Shown in pieces: positions 56,581-64,000 of a stretch of 64,000 nt of DNA. The notes beneath the pieces were generated by a model. That model was not told the DNA's origin and searched no databases. It saw only the letters and a list, made by a program, of their open reading frames with translations. Source of the stretch: a bacterium (GTDB lineage: Bacteria; UBA8248); the NCBI GenBank assembly GCA_965219955.1, contig OZ244799.1:2464001-2528000 (forward strand). Direction: 5' to 3'. The position numbers were made by a program, and so were the translations under genes. How positions within the stretch are numbered: position 1 is the stretch's first letter; every line of letters starts with the position of its first letter.

Positions 56581-58890
56581 TTATACCGCCCGGTTCTCGC
56601 CCGCGTCAACGCCCTCATCCGCAGGCGAGAGCGGCGCGTACTTCAGGACCAGCTTCCTGGGGCCCGCGTTCTCGAACTCCACGCTCACCGTCGTGCGGTC
56701 TCCGGTTCCCTCGCGCTTGCGGATGACGCCCAGGCCGAATTTCTTGTGCCTGACGCGCGCGCCGGGCGCAAACGGGCCGAGCGCAGCGGCGGGTACGGCG
56801 GGCGGGCTCTTCTCTTTCCGGGGAGGAGTCGCTTTCGCCTCCGCCAGAATGTCGGCGTAGCGCGAGTCCCCGGAATCGCGCGGCGCCTTGAAACCGCGCG
56901 GGGCGCGCCTTTGCGCCTGCGTATGATCACCCACGCGCTTTATGAATTCAGGCCCCAATCCTTCCATGAAGCGGCTCGGGCGCGCCGCCCAGCTTTCCTT
57001 CGCCCCGTCGGGCCGCCGCTCCTTCGCCCAGGAGAGGCTTAAAAACTCCTTCGCCCGCGTGACGCCCACGTAGAGAAGCCTCCTCTCCTCATCCATCGCG
57101 GCGGGCTCGTCCCGTGAACGGCTGTGCGGGATCAACCCCTCCTGCACGCCGGCGATGCCAACGGCGGCGAACTCCAGGCCCTTGGCCGCATGAAGCGTCA
57201 TCAGGGAGAGCGCCCCGCTCTCACCGGACATCTCATCCGCCTCGCCCATGAGCGCCAACTCCTCCAGGAACAGGCTCTTGGCCTCGTCCGATTCGGGCGA
57301 GAGGCCCTCCTCTTCGGCGATCCGCTCCTCGAACGCGCGGGCGGCGGCGACGAACTCTTGAGCACCCTCCAGCGCCCTGGCGGCGGCGCGGCGGCGCTCA
57401 GGCGACGTGCTCCTTTGCACTGCGCTCTCCAGCCAGGCGCGGTAGCGCGTCCGCTCGAGAATCTCTTCGATCAGGCGCGCGGGTCCCGCCTGCAGCGAAG
57501 CGAGGGACTCCAGCGTCTTCAGCAAGTCCGCAAGCATTTGCGCGGCGTTTCCCCGGAGGCGGCCCCGGGTCAGGGCGTCTTTCGCAGATGCGGTCGTGAC
57601 GCCCTGCGCGTCTTCGCCCGCTATCGCCTTCAAGCGCTCCGGCCCCAGCCCCCGGGGCGGGCGGTTGACGACCCGCGAGAAGGCCTGCCCGTCCCCGGGC
57701 CGGATGAGCAGCCTCAAGTAGGCCGCCAGATCCTGGACTTCGGCGCGGTCGAAAAACCGCTGGCCCTTCACCACCTGGTAGGGAATCCCCCGCCTGCGGG
57801 CCGCCTCCTCCAGGGGGCGGGACTGCGTGTTGATACGGTAGAAGACGGCGACATCTTTCCAGGGTATCGCATCGCCCGCTCCCGCTTCGATTAAGCGCGT
57901 GATGACGGCTTCGGCCTCTTCTTCGGGGTTCGCCGCCGCCAGATAGCAGACGGCCTCTCCCGCCGCCTTGCGCGTGAACAGGCGCTTCTCGTGCCGCGCG
58001 CAGGCCCCGCCCATGATGCGCGAGGCGAGGCCTAAAATCGCGCCGCTCGATCGGTAGTTCTCCTCCAGGCGGAACACCCTGGCGCCTGCGAACCTGCGCT
58101 CGAAATCGAGAATGTTCTCCACCCGCGCGCCGCGCCAGCCGTAGATGCCCTGATCGTCATCCCCGACGGCGAACACGCGCCCGTGAGCGCGCGAGAGCAG
58201 GGCCACGAGTCCGTCCTGCACCGGGTTGGTGTCCTGGTATTCATCGACGAGTATTTCCTCGAAACGCTCCTGGTATTTCTGGAGAACATCTGGATGCCGC
58301 TTGAACATGCTCAGGGGGCGCGCCAGCAGGTCGTCGAAATCCACCGCGCCCGCCTCGCGCAGGGCGCGCTCATACGCCGGCGCTATTTTCCGGGCCGCCG
58401 CGTCGATGCTGAAGGGGGCCGGATCGGCATCCCCCGTCTCGCCGAGCGAGGTCTTCCGGCGGCCTATCTGCTCCAGAACCGCCCGGGGCGCGTAGCGCTC
58501 CTCGCTGATATTCGCCGCCGCCAGACACCGTTTTACGAGTGTCATGCACTCACTGCGCGAGAAGATAGAGAAATTGGACGATAAGCCCGCCGCCTCGGCT
58601 TCTGCTCTTAAGATTCTGGCGCAAACGGCGTGAAAGGTGCCCACCCAGATGCCCCGCGCGCCATCTTCCAGCGAGGCGAACAAGCGCTCTTTCATCTCGC
58701 CCGCCGCCTTGTTCGTGAACGTGATGGCGAGAATCCGGCCTGGGGCAAGACCCTCGTCGAGCAGGCGCAGGATGCGGTGGACGATCACCCGCGTCTTGCC
58801 CGAACCCGCGCCCGCCAGCACCAGGTTCGCGCCCGGCGGCGCGAGCACCGCCTCTTTCTGCTGGGGGTTCAAGTCTTTCAGATAGTCCAC
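56581..58890 (-). CDS. pcrA: ATP-dependent DNA helicase PcrA/UvrD
   Basis: 'AGAGSGKT', 'TFTNKAA', 'DEYQD', 'ENYRS', 'TLHAAKGLEF', 'EERRLLYV'; C-terminal 'RVRHKKFG'. Confidence 0.92.
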   Translation of the reverse strand: MDYLKDLNPQQKEAVLAPPGANLVLAGAGSGKTRVIVHRILRLLDEGLAPGRILAITFTNKAAGEMKERLFASLEDGARGIWVGTFHAVCARILRAEAEAAGLSSNFSIFSRSECMTLVKRCLAAANISEERYAPRAVLEQIGRRKTSLGETGDADPAPFSIDAAARKIAPAYERALREAGAVDFDDLLARPLSMFKRHPDVLQKYQERFEEILVDEYQDTNPVQDGLVALLSRAHGRVFAVGDDDQGIYGWRGARVENILDFERRFAGARVFRLEENYRSSGAILGLASRIMGGACARHEKRLFTRKAAGEAVCYLAAANPEEEAEAVITRLIEAGAGDAIPWKDVAVFYRINTQSRPLEEAARRRGIPYQVVKGQRFFDRAEVQDLAAYLRLLIRPGDGQAFSRVVNRPPRGLGPERLKAIAGEDAQGVTTASAKDALTRGRLRGNAAQMLADLLKTLESLASLQAGPARLIEEILERTRYRAWLESAVQRSTSPERRRAAARALEGAQEFVAAARAFEERIAEEEGLSPESDEAKSLFLEELALMGEADEMSGESGALSLMTLHAAKGLEFAAVGIAGVQEGLIPHSRSRDEPAAMDEERRLLYVGVTRAKEFLSLSWAKERRPDGAKESWAARPSRFMEGLGPEFIKRVGDHTQAQRRAPRGFKAPRDSGDSRYADILAEAKATPPRKEKSPPAVPAAALGPFAPGARVRHKKFGLGVIRKREGTGDRTTVSVEFENAGPRKLVLKYAPLSPADEGVDAGENRAV

Positions 58891-58906
58891 GGGAATTTAT
58901 TCCGGA

Positions 58907-59683
58907 TCAGAACCGGCGGCGGCCCACGCTCGATTTGGGAGCGCGGATGAGCGTCCGCTCGGGGTAGACTCCCTTGGAGACGGTCGCGTTGGGCGCGACC
59001 CAGGAGCCGGGGCCGAGCATCACGCCCGGAGACGTCACGACGTTGCACCCGATCTCTGCGTCATCGCCGACCACGGCGCCGAATTTCGTGAGGCCTGTGT
59101 CGATGCGCTCTCCCTCGGCGCGCAGGACGATGTTCTTCACCGCGTCCGCTTTTTTTTCTTCTTCCGTCCTGAGTTCCAGGTTCGCCAGCTTCGCGCCCGC
59201 CCCCAGGTTGGCATCCGCCCCGAGGATGCTGTCTCCCACGTAGGCGAAATGCCCCGCCTGCGCGCCGTTCAAAAAGACGCTGTTCTTGACTTCGGTCGCA
59301 TGGCCCACGACGGCATCCGGCCCGATCAGGCAGCCGCCCCGCAGATACGCCCCGTGCCGCACTTCCGCGCCCGCGCAAAGCACCGTCGGCCCCTTGATGA
59401 CGCATCCAGGCTCCACCCGCGCGCCCGCCTCGATGAGCAGGCCGACGGAGGCGATCTTGAGATTTTCTTCCAGTGCGAGCAGGCCCTCGCTCACGACTAG
59501 GCCCTCCTCCACCCGAAGCGCTGCGGCCTCGGCCAAAGGCGCATCCGCCTCGTCCACCAGTCTCCGGGTGAAATCATCCAGCAGGCCGACGGCCTCCCAG
59601 ACGTGGGCCGCGCCTTCGAACAAAGCGGCGTGGGGAAACTCGCCGATCCCTCGGAAATAGGTTTGAGTCGCAGTCGCGCTCAT
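58907..59683 (-). CDS. Hexapeptide-repeat acetyltransferase resembling the archaeal-type GlmU C-terminal domain
   Basis: 'RHGAYLRG', 'GHATEVKNS', 'HFAYVGDSILG', 'KFGAVVGD'. Confidence 0.8.
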   Translation of the reverse strand: MSATATQTYFRGIGEFPHAALFEGAAHVWEAVGLLDDFTRRLVDEADAPLAEAAALRVEEGLVVSEGLLALEENLKIASVGLLIEAGARVEPGCVIKGPTVLCAGAEVRHGAYLRGGCLIGPDAVVGHATEVKNSVFLNGAQAGHFAYVGDSILGADANLGAGAKLANLELRTEEEKKADAVKNIVLRAEGERIDTGLTKFGAVVGDDAEIGCNVVTSPGVMLGPGSWVAPNATVSKGVYPERTLIRAPKSSVGRRRF

Positions 59684-61611
59684 TTTTTCTGCTCCAGACA
59701 CCACGCACCGAGGGGCGTGATGCGTAAAGTTCCCGCTTCTTCCCGCGCCAGACCGCCGCGCAGGATATCTTTTCTGACGCCGGCCGCGCTGACGGGCGCG
59801 CCGAAGCGGGCTTCCGGGTCCGAGTCCAAATGCGCATCGACGGCCCGGTCGTCCATCTCACGATCGTTCAAGGCTTCGAGCAAGCTCGCCTCCGCCCGCG
59901 CTCCGGGGGCATCATGGTCCTTCATGCGCCCTAGAATCTCGCGCAGCACCTCATCCCCAACGGCGCTGAGTTTTTTTTCCCACTTCATGGGGCCTCTCAG
60001 AACCACGCCCGTCCGGCTCTCGGTGCCTGAGTTCCTCACGTAGATTGCGCCCAGCGGCCCGCCCGCCTCATCCTCCAGGGCGAGGTACATGACGCCCGCG
60101 TCGTCCTCCAGCGGCGCAAAGCGCGGGGTGGCCACGCCCGAGAAAACGCTCTCGGCGCACTCCACCAGTTTCGCAGCCATGGCCTCCCACGCCTCCGTAC
60201 CCGGCGCGAAGCGGCTCCGCTCCACGTGGTAGGCATAATAAGACCTCTTGAACCCGCGGGGAAACGGCGCAGCGATAGCCGCATAGGCTTCTTCGGGGTT
60301 CGCCTCCTCGAAAAGGCTCCGCACCGCGGCGCAGGTGTTGAGAAAACTTTTCAAGCCGTCTCCCACCGCGATTCTGCGCCCCTCGCCCACCGCGTTCAAG
60401 AGCAGGCCTGGTGCTACCGTGTGGCCCGACTCCTCGCCCCCCAGGGCGAAGCGGTCCCCGAACCTGCGCGCCTCGTTCAATATCCACTTGTCCCCAACGG
60501 GGGTGAATACGACCTGAAGCCCCACCTCGGCCAGGGCCGCCGCCGCGCCCGAATCGCTCTCTATCGTGAGGGCGGCCACGCCATCTTCGGGCAGTTCGTC
60601 CTCGCGCTTCAAGAAACGGGCCTGCAGGACGAGCGCGTCGTCGCCGTCCAGGACGTGAATCGCATCCCGGAACGGATTGTAGACGAGGGCGTAGCCCCTG
60701 TCGCCGTCGGCGTCCAGGACGCAGGCCGCCGCCAGGCCGTCGCCCTTTTTCAGTTCTTCGCGCCGCGCGCGGCCCGCTTTGAAGAGAGAGCGCGCGCCCG
60801 CGTGGCTGTCGATGAAACCGGCGTCCGCGCCCTCGACGATGCGCCTGCCCTCGAGCGCGACCACGCCGCCGTTCTCGTTCACGCGGCCACCGCCCAGGGC
60901 GTTCACCTCGCGCACGCTCAGGGGGGTCAACTCCTCCAGCACCTGAGCGGCCAGCCCGCTCCACGCCCCCGCCGCCGGGTCCACGACCAGGCTCCACCGG
61001 GCGAGGTCGCCCTCGCGCAGCCAGCAGTTGGGAAGCCGGGTGGCGTAATCCACGTAAAACGCGCGCGCCTCGGCGGCCGCTTCCACGCCGCGGCCGCTCT
61101 CGGGCGTCTGCTCCACCGCGCTCCACTCGCTCGCCCGGACGCGGGCGCTCAGCGCCGCATCCTCATCCGGCAGGGGCTTGGCCGAGTCGGGGGCCAACAG
61201 GATTTTCACGCCGTTTTGCTCCGCGGGGTTGTGAGAGGCGGTGAGGACCACCGCGCCCGCTCCGCCCACGCCCGCCAGATAGGCCGCCGCCGCAGGCGTC
61301 GGCATCACGCCTAGCGAGAGCACATGCGCGCCCGCGCGCAGGAGGCCGTTCACGCACGCGGCGGTGAATTCCCCCGCAACGTCCCTCGGGTCCCAGGCCA
61401 GCACCACCGCGGTCGGGGAGATGAGTTGCTCGGAAGCCCGCTCCAGCAGCCAGGCGCCAGCCTCGAAGACGTAGTGCTCGACGAAGCGGGGCGTCAGGAT
61501 TCCATGCTCCAGGAAGGCTGCGCGCGGGTCCACCCCCGCCGCCTGTGGGTGATCCTCATCGGCGGCGAGGCCGCGAACCCCGTCCGTTCCCTGAAACTTC
61601 GCGTTCGGCAT
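59680..61611 (-). CDS. glmM: Phosphoglucosamine mutase / phosphohexomutase
   Basis: 'GTDGVRG', phospho-Ser loop 'TASHNP', metal loop 'DADGDR', 'GGEESGH', 'RNSGTE'. True start ATG 61611. Confidence 0.8.
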   Translation of the reverse strand: MPNAKFQGTDGVRGLAADEDHPQAAGVDPRAAFLEHGILTPRFVEHYVFEAGAWLLERASEQLISPTAVVLAWDPRDVAGEFTAACVNGLLRAGAHVLSLGVMPTPAAAAYLAGVGGAGAVVLTASHNPAEQNGVKILLAPDSAKPLPDEDAALSARVRASEWSAVEQTPESGRGVEAAAEARAFYVDYATRLPNCWLREGDLARWSLVVDPAAGAWSGLAAQVLEELTPLSVREVNALGGGRVNENGGVVALEGRRIVEGADAGFIDSHAGARSLFKAGRARREELKKGDGLAAACVLDADGDRGYALVYNPFRDAIHVLDGDDALVLQARFLKREDELPEDGVAALTIESDSGAAAALAEVGLQVVFTPVGDKWILNEARRFGDRFALGGEESGHTVAPGLLLNAVGEGRRIAVGDGLKSFLNTCAAVRSLFEEANPEEAYAAIAAPFPRGFKRSYYAYHVERSRFAPGTEAWEAMAAKLVECAESVFSGVATPRFAPLEDDAGVMYLALEDEAGGPLGAIYVRNSGTESRTGVVLRGPMKWEKKLSAVGDEVLREILGRMKDHDAPGARAEASLLEALNDREMDDRAVDAHLDSDPEARFGAPVSAAGVRKDILRGGLAREEAGTLRITPLGAWCLEQKK

Positions 61612-61625
61612 TTCGGGGAGCGCCC

Positions 61626-63449
61626 TCAGGCGACGGTGACGGACTTCGCCAGGGCGCGCGGCCTGTCTACGTCGCGCTTGAGCGCCACCGCGAGGAAATA
61701 GGCCAGCAACTGACCCGAGACCATGTGCAGGAAGGGCGCGAGCAGGGGCGATACCCTGGGCAGCACGATCTCCTCGCTGAAGAGCCCTTCCACCACCTCG
61801 TCTCCCTCGAAGCGGTAGCCCAGGACGAAGCCGCCGCGCGCGCGGACTTCTTCCGCGCTGCTCCTCGTGAGCGCGTGCAGTTCGGCCTCTTCGGGCGTGG
61901 GCATGAGGACGATGGTGTGCATGTTCTCGTCGATCAGGGAGATGGTGCCGTGCTTCAGGAACCCCGCGCTCATCCCCTCCGCGTGGAGGTAGGTGACTTC
62001 CTTCATCTTGAGCGCGCATTCGAGCGCCGCCGGGTAATAGACGCCCCGGCCCAGGTAGAGCCAGTTCTTCATGTGCTGGTGCGAGTGCGCGGCCGTGTGG
62101 AAATAACCCGAGCGCTCGTTGAGCGTCTCGAGCACGAGGTCGGACAAGGTGGCGACCTCCTCCCTCAGCGCCGCGACTTCCGCCTCGCTCAGACGCCCCG
62201 CGAGCAGGCCCAGCTCCATCGAGGCGAGCAGCAAGACGACCGCCTGGCTCAGGGCCGTCTTGGTGCTGATGACGCATTTTTCGGGGCCCGCGCCCTGCAG
62301 AATCGGCACGTCCACCGAGCGGACCAGGGTGGAGCCCATCATGTTCACGATGCCCGCCGTCCTGGCGCCATTCGTTTTCGCGTGGCGCAGGGCGCTCAGG
62401 GTGTCGTAGGTCTCCCCCGACTGGCTGATGGCGCAAAAGCCGTCCCCGGGTCCAATCTCCGCGACGTGGGAGAACTCGTCGGTGCTGACGACGGGCAGAT
62501 ACCTCCCCCCCAGGCGGCTGAAGAAATACTGCCCCATCGACGCGATGTAGTAGGTCGTTCCGACGCCGCCCAGGAAGCATTGCCGCGATTCGTGGATCAT
62601 CCCGGCCAGCGCCTGGACGTCTTCCCTCGGAATCTGGAGGGCGGCCTGGACGGTGGTGGGCTGATCGTAAATCTCCTTGAGCATGAAATGGGGGTAGCCG
62701 CCCCGGCGGGCCTTCTCCGCGTCCCACTCGATCTCGGTGACTTCCTTGTCGACGCGCTCCCGGGTGAGCAGGCTCTTGACGGCGTAGCTCTCCGGCGTGA
62801 TGAGCGCGTATTCGCCGTCTTCCATGATGATCGCCCGGCGGGTGTACTCGAAGAACGCGCTGAAATCCGACCCCACGTAGTTCGCGTCGTCCCCCAGGCC
62901 GATGATGAGGGGCGATTCGCGCTTGACGCAGAAAATCCGGCCTGGCGCGTCGACCGAGATGACCGCCATGGCGAAGGTGCCCTCGAGCTCGTCGATCGCC
63001 TCGACGAAGCCCTCCTCCACGTCCTGTCCGTTTCGCGCGATTTTCTGCGCCACCAGGTGCGCGATGACTTCGGAATCCGTCTCGGATCGGAAAGCCGCGC
63101 CCTCGCGCGCGAGCCTCTCCTTGAGCTCCTTGTAGTTCGAGATGATGCCGTTGTGGACCACGGCCAGGCGGCTCTCGTTGTCCGCGTGGGGGTGCGCGTT
63201 CGCCTGCGTCACCCCGCCGTGCGTCGCCCAGCGCGTATGCGCGATGCCCACCAGCCCCTTCATGTCCGTGAAGCGCTCGAGGGAATTCACCGCCTCCACG
63301 GTGCCCACGTTCTTCCGGATGTCTATCGCGCCGTTTCTCTGGACGGCCATGCCGCAGGAGTCGTACCCCCGGTATTCGAGAGCCGCGATGGAGCGCAGGA
63401 GTTTTTGCGAGACGTTAGCGCTCGCCGCCATGCCCGCGATGCCGCACAT
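61626..63449 (-). CDS. glmS: Glutamine--fructose-6-phosphate transaminase
   Basis: 'MCGI', 'EYRGYDS', 'HTRWATHG', 'SQSGET', 'LKMKE', C-terminal 'LAKSVTV'. Confidence 0.95.
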   Translation of the reverse strand: MCGIAGMAASANVSQKLLRSIAALEYRGYDSCGMAVQRNGAIDIRKNVGTVEAVNSLERFTDMKGLVGIAHTRWATHGGVTQANAHPHADNESRLAVVHNGIISNYKELKERLAREGAAFRSETDSEVIAHLVAQKIARNGQDVEEGFVEAIDELEGTFAMAVISVDAPGRIFCVKRESPLIIGLGDDANYVGSDFSAFFEYTRRAIIMEDGEYALITPESYAVKSLLTRERVDKEVTEIEWDAEKARRGGYPHFMLKEIYDQPTTVQAALQIPREDVQALAGMIHESRQCFLGGVGTTYYIASMGQYFFSRLGGRYLPVVSTDEFSHVAEIGPGDGFCAISQSGETYDTLSALRHAKTNGARTAGIVNMMGSTLVRSVDVPILQGAGPEKCVISTKTALSQAVVLLLASMELGLLAGRLSEAEVAALREEVATLSDLVLETLNERSGYFHTAAHSHQHMKNWLYLGRGVYYPAALECALKMKEVTYLHAEGMSAGFLKHGTISLIDENMHTIVLMPTPEEAELHALTRSSAEEVRARGGFVLGYRFEGDEVVEGLFSEEIVLPRVSPLLAPFLHMVSGQLLAYFLAVALKRDVDRPRALAKSVTVA

Positions 63450-63450
63450 G

Positions 63451-64000
63451 CTAGTTCTCTCCCCGCGGATAGGTGTAATGATGCGGGATGACTTCGCCGG
63501 GCGGTACGACGGTTCCCGAAGCCAGCGTATTAGAAGCGCCGACCAGCGCCCCGTCGCCCAGGAAGGAGCCCACCTTGTCGAGGCCGGAATCAACCTCACC
63601 CTCCGGCATGCGCACCACGATTTCGGACTGGTCGAGATTCTGAATCAGCGTGAGCGATCCTGAGCCCACCACGGCGTCCTCGCCGACGACGCTGTCGCCC
63701 ACGAAGGAGAGGCGCCCCACCCGGACGCCGTTGAAGAGGATGCAGTTCTTGAGTTCCACGCCGAAGCCGATGGTCGCGTTCGCGCCGATGGCCGTGTAGG
63801 GCCGCACCAGGACCCCGTTGCCCAGAAACGTGTTCTCCCCGATGAAGCACGGCCCGAAGATGGAAGCGCCCGATTCGATCACCACGTTCTTCTCGATCAC
63901 CACGGGCCCCCGGAACTGCACCGCGCCCCGCAGCCGCACGCTGCCGTCCACGCGGGCCTCGTTCCAGGTATCCATGACCATCCGGTTGCCCTTGAGCAGA
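63451..64000 (-). CDS. Sugar-1-phosphate nucleotidylyl/acetyltransferase (archaeal GlmU-like), C-terminal part; truncated by the window edge
   Basis: Hexapeptide repeats 'GPVVIE', 'GPCFIG', 'GVELKNC', 'LSFVGDSVVG'. Confidence 0.75.
   Translation of the reverse strand, partial: LLKGNRMVMDTWNEARVDGSVRLRGAVQFRGPVVIEKNVVIESGASIFGPCFIGENTFLGNGVLVRPYTAIGANATIGFGVELKNCILFNGVRVGRLSFVGDSVVGEDAVVGSGSLTLIQNLDQSEIVVRMPEGEVDSGLDKVGSFLGDGALVGASNTLASGTVVPPGEVIPHHYTYPRGEN

Noticed and set aside
61612-62727. N-terminal extension of the 1015-aa ORF 59680..62727
   Set aside because: It overlaps glmS in another frame and is Arg/Gly-rich shadow sequence; mutase motifs start at ATG 61611.

Overview
GC-rich bacterial chromosomal window. 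The gene set (futalosine-type menaquinone genes, archaeal-type GlmU-like proteins, taurine ABC transporter, amtB-glnK) would fit a marine or sponge-associated lineage such as Nitrospinota/Tectomicrobia relatives, but that is inference only. From left to right: (1) a 5'-truncated PIN-like gene, a repeat-rich intergenic stretch and a TAT-exported dienelactone hydrolase; (2) a ~17.5 kb surface-glycan locus with two AsnB amidotransferases, two O-antigen-ligase-like genes, glycosyltransferases, two cytidylyltransferase fusions (one with NeuB), a LarA-family Ni-pincer racemase and a LIC12162-type protein, bounded by tRNA-Glu(TTC); (3) an operon pairing a secreted di-heme cytochrome c peroxidase-family protein with a PhnD/C/E-type ABC transporter, behind a promoter with DtxR/MntR-like and Fur-like boxes (top candidate for an undescribed system); (4) amtB-glnK, small metabolic genes, an orphan cbtB, and a CxxU selenoprotein missed by the ORF track and coupled to a MOSC gene; (5) an HMGS-like/DUF35 fusion plus thiolase, a sulfatase and tauABC; (6) a mosaic hotspot (42.3-50.9 kb) with duplicated fragments of a thermonuclease gene and an aceE-like gene, a low-GC cassette (proteasome-beta-like Ntn hydrolase, 45-aa peptide, RAMA-domain protein), a structured leader RNA candidate and a MITE; (7) a housekeeping block (aceE-like, menG/ubiE, mqnP, mqnL, gatC, pcrA/uvrD, glmM, glmS, glmU-like). 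No CRISPR array, rRNA, integrase, transposase or reverse transcriptase was seen. All calls are from reading motifs by eye; no database search was run.
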